DNA of 64,000 nt from Candidatus Nomurabacteria bacterium (GTDB taxonomy: Bacteria; Patescibacteriota; Saccharimonadia; Saccharimonadales; UBA7683): the NCBI GenBank assembly GCA_020631865.1, contig JACKGS010000002.1:109534-173533 (forward strand), given 5' to 3'. Of the stretch, positions 43,612 to 54,264 are shown piece by piece. The notes under the pieces were generated by a model. It worked only from the letters and a program-made list of their open reading frames with translations. It did not search any database and was not told the DNA's origin. Numbering within the stretch: the stretch's first letter is position 1; each line of letters starts with the position of its first letter. The position numbers and the translations under genes were made by a program.

Positions 43612-43920
43612 ATGAGTAAAAAAGCAGTAATTGAAGTAAAAGGACATCAATTTATAGTTTCTGAAAAAGAGAAGCTGAAGGTTGATTTAGTGGGTGACGA
43701 AAAGAAGTTAAGCTTTGAACCACTTTTAGTAATAGATGGCGAAAAAGTGCAAGTTGGAACTCCGACAGTTTCTGGTGTAAAAGTAGAAGCAACTGTTGTC
43801 GAAGAATCTGTTAAAGATGATAAGGTTGTAGCAATTCGCTATAAATCTAAGAAGCGCGTGAATAAAAAACGTGGCCATCGCCAGCAACACTCTATTATTG
43901 AGATTACAAAGATTGCATAA
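43612..43920 (+). CDS. rplU: 50S ribosomal protein L21
   Basis: 102 aa. Has AVIEVKGHQFIV and KKRGHRQ. Confidence 0.92.
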   Translation: MSKKAVIEVKGHQFIVSEKEKLKVDLVGDEKKLSFEPLLVIDGEKVQVGTPTVSGVKVEATVVEESVKDDKVVAIRYKSKKRVNKKRGHRQQHSIIEITKIA

Positions 43921-44060
43921 GGGCAGGCTGTATATCTTAAAAAAGCGGGCTGAAAGGCTCGTTTTTTTGTGCTATATTCTAAGCTCTAAAATCTAACTTC
44001 TCACTTCTGATTCCAAGTTGTATAATAGAGGGTGACGTTCGGAGGGAAAATAAAACTATC

Positions 44061-44813
44061 ATGGCTCAAATTATTGCAGTGACAAACCAAAAAGGTGGAG
44101 TGGGCAAGACGACCACTACTATAAATATTGCATATAATTTGGCAAAGGCTGGTAAAAAAGTTCTGCTAGTTGATTTAGATCCTCAGGGAAACGCCTCGAG
44201 CGGGCTCTCGGTGAGCAAATCTAAAAAAACAACTAGAGATGTGCTTTCAGGAAGCGTTGCATTAGAAGGTGCGGTGCAAAAAACGGAATATGCAAATCTT
44301 TTTGTACTGCCAACAGATGCTGAGCTTGCGACACTTGAAACTGAAATTGCCACTGCTAAAGACCGTGCGCTACGCCTAAAAAAAGCTCTAAGTAACACAG
44401 GGTATGATGTTATTTTTATTGATTGTCCGCCAAGCCTAGGGTTATTAACCGTAAATGCACTAACTGCAGCAACTGCGGTAATCATCCCTGTGCAGACTGA
44501 ATATTATGCACTTGAGGGATTGGGTCAGCTACTTGAGACTATGAAGCTGGTCCGGCAAGCATTAAATCCTCGCCTGTCTATTTTAGGTGTAGTTATGACT
44601 ATGCATAATGCGCGAACAACACTTTCTGCACAAGTAGAAGCTCAGCTTAAGGCAAACTTTAAAGACCGTTTGTTTGAAACTGTTATTCCACGTAATATTA
44701 GAGTAGCCGAAGCGCCAAGTCACGGTAGGCCAGTTGGTGAATATGATAAGTGGAGTAAGGGTGCTCGTGCATATAAGTCGCTTAGCAAAGAGATTATGGA
44801 AAGAATATCATGA
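44061..44813 (+). CDS. parA: chromosome partitioning ATPase ParA/Soj
   Basis: Deviant Walker A NQKGGVGKTTT, plus DLDPQGN and IDCPPSL. Confidence 0.95.
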   Translation: MAQIIAVTNQKGGVGKTTTTINIAYNLAKAGKKVLLVDLDPQGNASSGLSVSKSKKTTRDVLSGSVALEGAVQKTEYANLFVLPTDAELATLETEIATAKDRALRLKKALSNTGYDVIFIDCPPSLGLLTVNALTAATAVIIPVQTEYYALEGLGQLLETMKLVRQALNPRLSILGVVMTMHNARTTLSAQVEAQLKANFKDRLFETVIPRNIRVAEAPSHGRPVGEYDKWSKGARAYKSLSKEIMERIS

Positions 44814-44817
44814 TATC

Positions 44818-44953
44818 AGGAGAAGAAATATGAGATACGGGATAGATAATATGGAGAAAATTATGGATGATCGGGAATTTAATCTAATCAAGCAAACTCG
44901 TCAGGTTGATTGCATATCAGCCCATATGCTATATTCTATGTTCCATATTCCTG
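44818..44953 (+). repeat. ORF-less heptamer-arm element in the parA-parB spacer
   Basis: The 5' arm GAGAAGAAATATGAGATACGGGATAGATAATATGGAG and the 3' arm CCCATATGCTATATTCTATGTTCCATATTCCTG resemble the flanks of the 29732-30185 cassette. Confidence 0.6.
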
Positions 44954-44972
44954 TGACCGCAGGGGGCATCTC

Positions 44973-45833
44973 ATGAAGGGGCTAGGTAAAGATTTTTCAG
45001 CTTTAATTCCTGATGATATGCTCTCCGAGGCGTTGGCGGTTGGCCCATCTACCGATAGCGTAGAGCAGATTGCACTAGATAAAATAGCCCCAGATCCTCA
45101 GCAGCCACGCAAGCAGTTTGATGAAACGGCATTAGAAGAGCTGGCTTCTTCTATTAGTGTTCACGGCATAGTGCAACCACTGATTGTCGCTAATAGTGGC
45201 AGTAGTTATATTATTATTGCTGGCGAGCGGAGATATAGAGCTGCGCAATTATTAAAACTGGATGTTGTGCCGGTAATAGTACGTTCTTTCGGAGATCAAG
45301 AAAAGTTAGAAATTAGCTTGATTGAAAATGTCCAACGTGAGGATTTAACTAAGCTAGAGCTTGCCACTGCATATGCTAGATTACACGATGAATTTAATCT
45401 TGATCACAAAGAGATAGGCCAGAGGGTTGGCAGAAGTGAATCTGCAGTTGTAAATATTATTAGACTCTTGAAACTTCCAATCAAAGCCAAAGAGGCGCTT
45501 AACCGAAATTTAATTACCGAAGGACACGCACGACAGATAGTGGCTCTTAAAGAAGAATCTGAGCAGCTTAAGCTTTTGGATTTAATTATTAAAAATCATT
45601 GGACCGTACGTCAGGCAGAGCAGTATGTAGTGGGTCATAAAAAAGCTGGCCAAGATCAAAAGGCTAAAGAGGGTATGCGTCTAACAAAGACAGAGACTAA
45701 AGAAACTAAACAACTTTCAAAAAGACTTAATGCACCGGTTAGCATTAAGCATATGGCTAAGGGTGGACGTTTGATAATTAACTTCAAAGATGAGTCACAC
45801 TTAGATAACCTGATGAAAAACTTGCTAGATTGA
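44973..45833 (+). CDS. parB: chromosome partitioning protein ParB/Spo0J
   Basis: Starts MKGLGKDFSALIP with SD AGGGGG. Has GERRYRAA and an HTH region. The longer ORF from 44910 runs through the repeat element. Confidence 0.93.
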   Translation: MKGLGKDFSALIPDDMLSEALAVGPSTDSVEQIALDKIAPDPQQPRKQFDETALEELASSISVHGIVQPLIVANSGSSYIIIAGERRYRAAQLLKLDVVPVIVRSFGDQEKLEISLIENVQREDLTKLELATAYARLHDEFNLDHKEIGQRVGRSESAVVNIIRLLKLPIKAKEALNRNLITEGHARQIVALKEESEQLKLLDLIIKNHWTVRQAEQYVVGHKKAGQDQKAKEGMRLTKTETKETKQLSKRLNAPVSIKHMAKGGRLIINFKDESHLDNLMKNLLD

Positions 45834-45838
45834 GTACT

Positions 45839-46555
45839 TTAAAAGAACTGAGCGCTATTGAAGGGGAAGAACCGTACTTTCATAACACCAATAATATTTT
45901 CTTGAGGTACAGTGCCTAGTTCATTACGAGAATCTAGAGAATTACTACCTTCTCGGTTGTCTCCGCTAACAAATAAATGACCTTCTGGCACAGTAATGTC
46001 TATATTGCCACTAGTGACCGGCAGGTTTTTACCATACGGTGCATCATCTGGATTAAAGCCATCAGGATTTTCGTTGTTATATACCGTAATTCTACCATCT
46101 CCAACAACTACGCGCTCGTTAGGTAGCCCAATCACACGTTTAATTAATTGTAAATCTGGCTGTAGTGGATCTACAAAAACAATTACTTCACCACGTTCGG
46201 GCTGAAAAGTTTTTTTAGTAATCTTTGAAGCAGAGCGAGAGATTTTAGAAATAATCAGCCTGTCGCTATTATGTAAAGTTGGGTACATGCTGCTACCAAA
46301 AACTTTATAGCTCTGGAAGAAATATAAGTTAATGACTTGAACAAGCAAGAAGGCTATAACTAATGTTGCAATAAATGAAAATATCCCACCTTCTTTACGT
46401 TCTTTAGGAATGCTATCTTCACGATTATTTTTAATCGGACTAATAGAAGGCTGCGCTTGTTCTGGTGCCGTATTTATTGCAGCAGGTTGCTCCATTGAAG
46501 GGTTGGCGGTGCCGTATAGTTGTGTATTTTCTTGATTAAGGTCATCGTTGTTCAT
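45839..46555 (-). CDS. lepB: signal peptidase I
   Basis: Has SSMYPTL (Ser box), KRVIGLPNE (Lys box) and GDNREGSNSLDSR. Confidence 0.92.
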   Translation of the reverse strand: MNNDDLNQENTQLYGTANPSMEQPAAINTAPEQAQPSISPIKNNREDSIPKERKEGGIFSFIATLVIAFLLVQVINLYFFQSYKVFGSSMYPTLHNSDRLIISKISRSASKITKKTFQPERGEVIVFVDPLQPDLQLIKRVIGLPNERVVVGDGRITVYNNENPDGFNPDDAPYGKNLPVTSGNIDITVPEGHLFVSGDNREGSNSLDSRNELGTVPQENIIGVMKVRFFPFNSAQFF

Positions 46556-46649
46556 AACAGAGTTATTATAGCAACTAAACCATTAACATCAATACATTTT
46601 CGACTTTACCGCTTACGGCAAAGCAGATATACTAGGTTAAGCATATTTT

Positions 46650-48356
46650 ATGAATAAGAAAAGTCGTACACCCGGAAGCATGGCAATGGATGGTTTTGTC
46701 CGTCGCAATGGGCCTAATCGTAGAAGAAGGCCTACTCTTGATGATGCAAGAAAAGAAATATCCTTTTCTGAAGATAAAAGTCAGCCGATACCCCAAGATA
46801 TAGAAGATAATCAGGATACTAATGATATTTGGAAAGATGAGAATACTTTGGAAATAGGTAGTGATACTGGTAGCGCGGAAAGATTTAAATCTGGCTTTAG
46901 CAATAAGCAAAAAAAACCTCATTTCTGGCAATTTAGTAAGAAGAAAGAGTACAAAAAGCAGCGTCAGGTAGAAAAGGACGCCAAGAAACAGAAGCGCAAA
47001 AGAATTCTGAAATTCACTTCGATAGTGATTTTAATGATAATTGTAGGTGTTGGTGGATTTTTGGGTTGGAAGACATTAAGAAATACCTCTAAGGTGTTTA
47101 ATGGCAATGTTCTCGGATTTTTGGATTCCACAAAATTAAAAGGTGAAGAAGATGGTCGAGTCAACTTGTTACTAGCTGGTACCTCAGAAGATGATCCAGG
47201 ACACGACGGCGCGATGTTAACAGATTCAATCATGGTAGTAAGCATTGATACCGTAAATAAAAATGCATTTATGATCTCTATACCTAGGGATTTATGGGTG
47301 GACTATCAAACAAAAGAATGCTCTGTTGGCTATCAGGGCAAGATTAATGCCGTATATACTTGTGGTGAGCAAATAGAGTTTAAAGAGACGGGATATCCCG
47401 AGGGCGGCATCGGCTTATTAAGTAAGGTGGTGGAAACTAACTTTGGTATGCCGATTCACTATTATGCAAAAATAAATTACACTGCATTTCGCGATGCGGT
47501 AAATGCTGTCGGCGGTATAGATATTACTCTTAAAACAAATGACCCGCGGGGAATCTTAGATAGAATATTTGACTGGGAGTGTAAATATCAGTGTTATAAA
47601 GTTAAATATCCTAACGGTCCACTGCATTTGAATGGCGATCAAGCCTTGGCGTTGGCTAGAGCTCGTGGTGATATAGCGCCAACCTACGGTACTGGAAATG
47701 ACTTCGGTAGAACTGAGCGACAAAGACAAATGCTCATCTCCCTGAAAGATAAAACCTTGAGTGCGGGTATACTAACCAATCCAGCTAAGATCGGCGGGTT
47801 ATTAGATGCTGCAGGTGATAACGTAAATACCAATTTTCAGACTAATGAGCTTCGCCGTTTGTATGAAATAGGCAAGGATATTAAGAGTCATAATATTAAG
47901 TCTATTGGTCTAACTGACGAGAGTGTAAATTTAGTTGAGACCTTTACGGCCTACAACGGAGCGAGTGCTGTTAGGCCGACGGCTGGTACAAGTGATTTTT
48001 CAGAGATAAAAAACTTTATCAAAAAACTAATTAGCAGCGACCCAATTGTACGTGAGGGTGCAAGTGTTGTTGTGCTAAATGCTAGTGGAGTGGTTGGTGA
48101 GGCGCAAAAGAGAGCGGACATTCTAGAGTCTAAAGGTTTAAATATTCTAGATATCGGTAATGCCACCTCCCGTGAAGGCAATCAAGTTATAAATATTAAT
48201 AAAAATACCAAAACCCATACACAAAAATTATTAGAGCAACAGTTTCAGACTTCAACAGTAGCTACTCAAGATTTGGTTTCGCAGTATTCAAAATTATATC
48301 AAGCAGATTTTGTGGTAATTATCGGGAAGCTAGTGTCTAGCCCGGCCACTAACTAG
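46650..48356 (+). CDS. LCP (LytR-CpsA-Psr) family cell-envelope transferase
   Basis: TM anchor, then LLLAGTSEDD...TDSIMVVSID...SIPRDL and LALARAR. A LytR_C-like C-terminal domain is present. Confidence 0.88.
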   Translation: MNKKSRTPGSMAMDGFVRRNGPNRRRRPTLDDARKEISFSEDKSQPIPQDIEDNQDTNDIWKDENTLEIGSDTGSAERFKSGFSNKQKKPHFWQFSKKKEYKKQRQVEKDAKKQKRKRILKFTSIVILMIIVGVGGFLGWKTLRNTSKVFNGNVLGFLDSTKLKGEEDGRVNLLLAGTSEDDPGHDGAMLTDSIMVVSIDTVNKNAFMISIPRDLWVDYQTKECSVGYQGKINAVYTCGEQIEFKETGYPEGGIGLLSKVVETNFGMPIHYYAKINYTAFRDAVNAVGGIDITLKTNDPRGILDRIFDWECKYQCYKVKYPNGPLHLNGDQALALARARGDIAPTYGTGNDFGRTERQRQMLISLKDKTLSAGILTNPAKIGGLLDAAGDNVNTNFQTNELRRLYEIGKDIKSHNIKSIGLTDESVNLVETFTAYNGASAVRPTAGTSDFSEIKNFIKKLISSDPIVREGASVVVLNASGVVGEAQKRADILESKGLNILDIGNATSREGNQVININKNTKTHTQKLLEQQFQTSTVATQDLVSQYSKLYQADFVVIIGKLVSSPATN

Positions 48357-48396
48357 TGCTCGACAATGATTGCATGGTATAATTAACAATTAGTTT

Positions 48397-49170
48397 ATGT
48401 TGCAACCAAAGAAACATTTTTGGGGTAAAAAACCCGGTTTTGACATCGGTGATGTATTGCACGTTTTGGTCAATATCTCTTTTGTGGCAGTCATTTATCT
48501 AATGGTTCAGTATTGGCACTTGGCATACTTGGCTGTAGTAATAATATTCCTTAGCAAATGGCGTGTATTGGCTGTTCAGCCAAGGTTTTGGCTGCCTAAT
48601 ATTAAAGCTAATATGGTTGATTTGATCGTGGGAGTGAGTACGGTTGCTTTGATTGCCAGTTCTCCAGCCGATTGGATAGCTATTTTCTGGACTGTACTAT
48701 ATATCGCTTGGCTATTATTCTTAAAGCCTCGTGAACATAACGTACTAATTGGCATACAGGCATTATGGGGCGTGATAATAGGGATGATTGCAGTATTCAC
48801 AATGATAGATTTCATAAAGTTACCGGTGTTTGTAGTTGCGCTAGTTTGGATTGTGGCTTGGGCATCAGCTAGACATTTCTTTAGTAATTACGAAGAGCCT
48901 CATTACCGTACACTAAGTATTGTATGGGCATTGATGGTGGCAGAGATAGCATGGTTTGGTTTGCATTGGGTCCAGTACTACTTTGTATTTGATGTTAAAA
49001 TCTCTGTAGTTGCTGTTATTGTTGCAATTCTATCACTCGGAAGTGCTGGTATATATCATTCGTATAAACATAACTCCTTAAATAAGGCGATTATTGTTGA
49101 AAATGTGCTTTTTGTCACAGCTTTATTGGCTGTGGTGATGGCTACATCTGGTTGGGTTGTAAATCTTTAA
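48397..49170 (+). CDS. polytopic membrane protein (hypothetical)
   Basis: 257 aa with about 7 hydrophobic helices. No motif recognised. Confidence 0.65.
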   Translation: MLQPKKHFWGKKPGFDIGDVLHVLVNISFVAVIYLMVQYWHLAYLAVVIIFLSKWRVLAVQPRFWLPNIKANMVDLIVGVSTVALIASSPADWIAIFWTVLYIAWLLFLKPREHNVLIGIQALWGVIIGMIAVFTMIDFIKLPVFVVALVWIVAWASARHFFSNYEEPHYRTLSIVWALMVAEIAWFGLHWVQYYFVFDVKISVVAVIVAILSLGSAGIYHSYKHNSLNKAIIVENVLFVTALLAVVMATSGWVVNL

Positions 49171-49183
49171 ATTTAGCAGGAGG

Positions 49184-50392
49184 GTGTTGGTGGAGAATCA
49201 GACGAATTTAAGTGAAAACAAAGTAGATGAAAGCAAAGCGGTCGATACTAAAATAAGTAACAAAAGACACAGTTCTAAAAAAATATTGGCAGTGGTCATT
49301 ACTAGTTGTTTTTTTACTGCTGTATTTACAGTAGGGGCGATGTCGGCTGCCTTTTTGCTCGGTAGGGCAGAAAGTGAAACGAGTTTAAGTCAAACCAGAC
49401 AAACTGTTGTGCAGGAAGGCGAAGTGATTGCTGATGTAGCTCAGAAGGTTAGTCCTAGTGTCGTTTCTATTGTTACGGAGCAACAGTCACAAGTAAGCAG
49501 TGGATATTTCGGGTCCAGAACTCGCAAGAGTCAAGCGGCGGGTACCGGATTAGTCATTGATTCTAACGGTCTGATACTTACAAATAAGCACGTAGTGCCA
49601 GAAGGAATTACGGCTTTAAGTGTCGTAATGAATGATGGTGTTAGGTATGAGGATGTAGAGGTTGTCGGCCGCGATCCACTAAATGATCTAGCGATAATTA
49701 AGGTTAAAAGTCCAAAAAATTTTGTTAAAGCTACACTAGGTGATTCAGATAGAATGCGAACTGGTCAAAAAGTTATCGCTATCGGAAATGCATTGGGACA
49801 GTTTCAGAATACAGTAACATCGGGCATTATCTCCGGCATGGGTAGGCCTGTTGAAGCGGGAGATGAAAGCAACCAGACAATGGAGCAATTAACTAATTTA
49901 TTCCAAACTGACGCAGCAATAAACTCTGGAAATTCTGGGGGTCCACTGCTTAATTACAACGGCGAGGTGATTGGTATCAATACCGCTGTCGCAGCAGATG
50001 CAGAAAATATAGGGTTCGCAATCCCGGTTAATGAAGCCAAGGGGATTATTGCTAGCGTAGTAGAAACCGGTAAATTTTCTAGACCATTTTTAGGAGTCAA
50101 ATTTGTAACTCTAGACCAATCTGTTGCTAAAGAGCTGAAGTTAGATATTTCAGAAGGTGCTTATATAGGCACTGAAGGTGACTCAATTGTGGCTGGTAGT
50201 CCAGCAGAAAAGGCTGGCATAAAGCCTGGTGATGTAATAACTAAAGTGAACAATACCAAGCTTTCTGCGCGAAATCAGCTCACGAGTGTTATTAGTAGAT
50301 TTAGAGTTGGACAAGAAGTGACGTTAACTGTCGTAAGATCTGGAGAAGAACTCAAGCTTAAGACCATTTTGTCTGAAGCGCCAAAATTATAG
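49184..50392 (+). CDS. HtrA/DegP-family serine protease with PDZ domain
   Basis: Has TNKHV, DLAIIKV and GNSGGPLLN, plus a C-terminal PDZ (GIKPGDVITKVN). Confidence 0.9.
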   Translation: MLVENQTNLSENKVDESKAVDTKISNKRHSSKKILAVVITSCFFTAVFTVGAMSAAFLLGRAESETSLSQTRQTVVQEGEVIADVAQKVSPSVVSIVTEQQSQVSSGYFGSRTRKSQAAGTGLVIDSNGLILTNKHVVPEGITALSVVMNDGVRYEDVEVVGRDPLNDLAIIKVKSPKNFVKATLGDSDRMRTGQKVIAIGNALGQFQNTVTSGIISGMGRPVEAGDESNQTMEQLTNLFQTDAAINSGNSGGPLLNYNGEVIGINTAVAADAENIGFAIPVNEAKGIIASVVETGKFSRPFLGVKFVTLDQSVAKELKLDISEGAYIGTEGDSIVAGSPAEKAGIKPGDVITKVNNTKLSARNQLTSVISRFRVGQEVTLTVVRSGEELKLKTILSEAPKL

Positions 50393-50397
50393 AACAG

Positions 50398-51216
50398 TTA
50401 TTTTTTAAGTTTAGGACTAAACGCTTGCACAAGAGTATTTGTAGTCGTGAGTTGATACCCAGATTCTGTAGCCATTTTTTGTAGACTTTCATGTTGCTCT
50501 AGAAGACTTTCTGTAATAATAAGAGTGGGTTTGTGTGGAGTTATATCGATAGCCCCCCAGAGTGCGCGATAGTGATTCAACCCGTCATTTCCTGAAAATA
50601 ATGCTAGCTCAGGTTCTTTAGTAATCTCTTCGGAAGTAATCATGCCGTCAGGTACGTAAGGGAGGTTGGCGGTCACAACATATGGGCGGGTACTCGGCAT
50701 GTTTGGGATGTCATTTTTAGTAATATCCATCTCTCTCCACTGTACTTGAGTATTGTGACTCCGTGCATTTTTGCGTGCTACTTTTAAGGCACTTGAGGAG
50801 ATGTCAATACCAGTCACGTGTACATTGGGCAGCTCTTTTTTTAGGGTGATTGCAAGGCAGCCAGAGCCGGTACCGACATCAATAACTGTATTTATATCAT
50901 TATTTTTTGCTGCATCCAGTACCATCTCAATGATTACCTCAGATTCTGGCCTAGGTATTAAAACATCTTTATTAACAAGAAACCGACGACCGTAAAACTC
51001 TTTTGAGCCAATTATGTAGGAAAGTGGGATTCTTTTTTCTCGCTGAGCAACAAATTCACTCAATTGTTCGAGGTTTTGTTTAGTTATAGCCGCCTCGTTA
51101 TTTGCCAATAGCCATTCACGACTTGCACCTAGTGCGTGTTCAAGCAGTAGTAGGCAGTCTAATCGAGCTGATTCTATACCGGTATTTTTAACCGTGCGGT
51201 ATTTTCTATAAGCCAA
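50398..51216 (-). CDS. prmC: release-factor glutamine methyltransferase
   Basis: SAM motif DVGTGSGCLAI and an NPPY variant TANLPYV. Lies in the prfA neighbourhood. Confidence 0.88.
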   Translation of the reverse strand: MAYRKYRTVKNTGIESARLDCLLLLEHALGASREWLLANNEAAITKQNLEQLSEFVAQREKRIPLSYIIGSKEFYGRRFLVNKDVLIPRPESEVIIEMVLDAAKNNDINTVIDVGTGSGCLAITLKKELPNVHVTGIDISSSALKVARKNARSHNTQVQWREMDITKNDIPNMPSTRPYVVTANLPYVPDGMITSEEITKEPELALFSGNDGLNHYRALWGAIDITPHKPTLIITESLLEQHESLQKMATESGYQLTTTNTLVQAFSPKLKK

Positions 51217-51265
51217 TTATGAATTGTTAAAGGTGAGGCTTGGGTATTATTGTTCTTCATTTTAC

Positions 51266-52063
51266 TTATTTTGTATGCTCAGTAGCTTCGCTGCGTTGTC
51301 GTACGAGTTCGTAGGAAATAACCGCAGCAGCATTGCTGACATTTAGTGAATCGTTAAGTCCTTTCATCGGTATCATGATTGGCTTAGAGCGTGTTTGCCA
51401 AAATTCGCTTAGTCCATCGTGTTCGGTACCAAGAATAATTGCAGATGGCGGGGTGAAATCCGTGTCGGTATAATTACGTGACTTATCAGAAATTATGGCA
51501 CCATAAGCTGTGATTTCATGTTTTTGCAGAAAGTCATACGCCTCTTCTTTTGTACCATTGGCAACTTGCTTAGTGAAGACTAAGCCTACGCTAGATCGGA
51601 TCACATTAGGGTTGAAGAAGTCTGTTTTTTCATCACAGATAATTACTCCGTCGATACCAGCACCATCAGCAGTTCTAATGATAGCCCCAAGGTTGCCCGG
51701 TTTTTCAACCGCCTCAAGAACCAAAAGGCTAGGGTTGGAGCTAAGATTGAGTGAGTCTAACTTGGTGCTTTTGGATTGAAATATTGCAATGATTCCATCT
51801 GATCCGCTTCTGTAAGATATTTTTTCAAACACTACCTTGTTCATAGTAAAGACGTCTTCAGTATTAATACCAGAAAGGCTATCATTGTAAATGTCGGGAC
51901 ATATAAAAAAAGTTACAGGTTTAAATCCGCCATCTATCGCATAGGCAATTTCTTTAGAGCCTTCAACTAAAAAGACACCTTTGCGCCTGCGTGCACCATT
52001 ATTATGTAAACTTTTTACCCATTTAATTTTTGGGTTGCTAGTACTTTTAATATCAATGTCCAT
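51266..52063 (-). CDS. TrmH/SpoU-family RNA 2'-O-methyltransferase
   Basis: SpoU motifs LEAVEKPGNLGAIIRTA, ILGTEHDGLS and LNVSNAAAV. Confidence 0.85.
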   Translation of the reverse strand: MDIDIKSTSNPKIKWVKSLHNNGARRRKGVFLVEGSKEIAYAIDGGFKPVTFFICPDIYNDSLSGINTEDVFTMNKVVFEKISYRSGSDGIIAIFQSKSTKLDSLNLSSNPSLLVLEAVEKPGNLGAIIRTADGAGIDGVIICDEKTDFFNPNVIRSSVGLVFTKQVANGTKEEAYDFLQKHEITAYGAIISDKSRNYTDTDFTPPSAIILGTEHDGLSEFWQTRSKPIMIPMKGLNDSLNVSNAAAVISYELVRQRSEATEHTK

Positions 52064-52227
52064 CTGTTAAATTATAACATTTCTCATAAAATTACATACC
52101 AGCAAACCCTACTGCTTGACAAAATAATATAGTAAGAGTGTACTTACAAGATGCACCTACTATATTAGTGTCTCCTGAACATATCGATCTGGAAATGATA
52201 ATCGTCCAAATTGGTAGATTTAACCCT

Positions 52228-53282
52228 TTAGGCTTCACGAGCTAGTTGGGATTCGTAAGATTGTAGTTTGGCAATAATATCGTCTATTTCGCCATTCATG
52301 GCTTGTGGGATACTGCTGCGCGAATACTGCACGCGGTGGTCGGTAATTCTGTCTTGTGGGAAGTTGTAGGTACGGATTTTTTCACTTCTGTCACCAGACC
52401 CAATAAGGCTTTTTCTTTGAGCAGAAAGCTTGGCATTTTCTTCGTCAAGCTGTTTTTGAAGTAGGCGAGAACGAAGTACACTCATAGCTTTAAGCTTATT
52501 TTTAATTTGAGACTTCTCGTCTTGATTGGTCACTACGATTCCAGAAGGTAGGTGAGTAATGCGAACGGCGGAATCGGTAGTGTTTACGCTTTGGCCTCCG
52601 TGGCCAGAGGCGCGGTAGGTATCTATTTTTAAATCGGCATCTTTAATTTCTACATCTGTTTCTTCGGCCTCGGGCATTACGGCTACGGTAACGGTAGAGG
52701 GTATGAATACGCCCCTGGCTTTCAGTAGCAGGAACACGTTGAACGCGGTGCACACACACCTTCAAACTTCAGCTGTTTGTAGGCGTCCTCACCTTGGCCA
52801 TGAAATAACTCTTTATAGCCGCCAGAATCGCTGGCGTTTTCAGACATAATTTCGGTTTTTAAATTATGCGTTTCGCAGTAGCGTAGATACATTCTTAAGC
52901 GGTTCTGCTGCAAATAAAGCCAGCTTCATCGCCACCGGCGCCAGCTCGAACTCAATCACGCAGTTTTTATGGTCATTTGGATCTTTTGGGGTGAGTAGTT
53001 CCATTAATCTTTCTTCCACTAATGTAGTTTTTCTCTTCTAGTTCTGGAATTTGGTTTGGCAAGTCAGAAAGCTCGCTATCATTGCCGCGCAGAATCTTCA
53101 TTAGCTTCAATAAGATGTTTTGAGAGTGTCACGTTCGTCAAAAAGCATCAATAATCTCTATCAGTTCAGCCTGTCGACGATTCTTTTCTCCAATTTTTTG
53201 GATCAGAAAACGCATCCGTGCTGAACTAATAAAATCAGTTAACTCCTTTAGTTCATCTTCTTAATTTCTGTTCGGCTTCCAT
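52228..53282 (-). pseudogene. prfA: peptide chain release factor 1, frameshifted upstream of ~52700
   Basis: The intact C-terminal 175 aa include SGHGGQSVN. Upstream fragments [32 protein letters not shown] and an N-terminal MEAEQK lie in different frames. Total length is not a multiple of 3. Confidence 0.85.
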
Positions 53283-53351
53283 CAATACCTATTATAACAG
53301 ATAGAATAGGTATTTAGAATTTACATAATCACATAAAATATGCCAAAGCCC

Positions 53352-53380
53352 TTGACAAAATTAGAGAGAGAGATTATTGT
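53352..53380 (+). promoter_or_regulatory. cassette promoter copy 1 with (AG)n spacer
   Basis: TTGACA, a 17-nt spacer containing AGAGAGAGAGA, then TATTGT. Confidence 0.5.
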
Positions 53381-53422
53381 GTTTAGTTTCAATAAAATAA
53401 ATATATCAAGAAGGAAAATAAA

Positions 53423-53845
53423 ATGAGTAAAAAACACCTGTGGCAAATAAAGAAAGTAATAGCGGGTTAACACCGGATCAAGTAGATTTCAGGGCAAAGG
53501 ATTTTGTGGGTCGTCATAATGCTGAGGTAGACTACAGGAGATTATTACGCCGAGAAGGCTCTTGAGTACGCAAAGAATACAAATACAATACATGATACTT
53601 TGCGGCTGGCAGATTCTGGCTTGTCTAAAGCTCTCAAAGGTGTAGCAGAAGAATTGAAGAAAGAACGCAGTGGATGGAATCGTAAACGATCGGAGAGTTT
53701 AGTTAACGTACATAAATTTAATGATGGTCGTAAAGTTGTTCTGTTTGACGCAAGAGAGCATTATGAACAGAATAAAGACGCGTATAGCGGCTGCTAAAAG
53801 GATGCTGAGGCTGCTGGCCATAAAGTGGATCTTGTAAAAGGTTAA
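53423..53845 (+). pseudogene. cassette 1 ORF (unknown function, several frameshifts)
   Basis: ATG-AGT-AAA start. Reading-frame pieces ...GLTPDQVDFRAKDFVGRHNAEVDY / YYAEKALEYAKNT...FDAREHYEQNKDAY / KDAEAAGHKVDLVKG join only if frames are shifted. Confidence 0.4.
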
Positions 53846-53903
53846 TACCTGCATCGAAAAGTGGATTCTTCATAAAGATAACTATTAAGTAATGATAAAA
53901 AAC

Positions 53904-53925
53904 AGAGGTGTTTACCTCTATTTTT
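53904..53925. terminator. terminator of cassette 1 (bidirectional)
   Basis: AGAGGT-GTTT-ACCTCT with flanking AAAAAAC and ATTTTTGG. Paralogous to 56854-56876. Confidence 0.6.
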
Positions 53926-53940
53926 GGACCAATAAAGATA

Positions 53941-54264
53941 CTACTTTTGCAATCGTTCGGCTATGGCGAATTGCATGAAGTATTGTTTAGTCTCGAGTCT
54001 TCCTTATCGGTGAGTATACTTTCAATAGCAATTGTTCGCGAGCTATTAAAAGCTCGTGGTAGGCAGATTTACCTTTGTTTGGTCCAGGCGTTTACTGTGG
54101 CGTTGATTAAATCCACGTCACGATAGAACGCACTGAGCATGCGAACCTCTTAGGCTACGGCGTTTAGCGTTTAATGCTCTACCAACTTCTGAGCCTATAT
54201 TGCCTAGTTGCCAAAATACCGACTGCTGAGACCAGGATTCCTGGTCAAATTCGTGGCTACTCAT
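53941..54264 (-). pseudogene. second gene of a small overlapping two-gene operon (frameshifted)
   Basis: Starts MSSHEFDQESWSQQSVFWQLGNIGSEVGRALNAKRR, then continues in other frames (...AFYRDVDLINATVNAWTKQ / KGKSAYHELLIAREQLL...). The ATG overlaps the upstream stop (ATGAGTAG). Confidence 0.4.

Noticed and set aside
44734-44976. 80-aa ORF bridging parA and parB, and the 21-codon extension of parB from 44910.
   Set aside because: Both are translations of the repeat element. ParB homologues start MKGLGK, and a good SD precedes ATG 44973.
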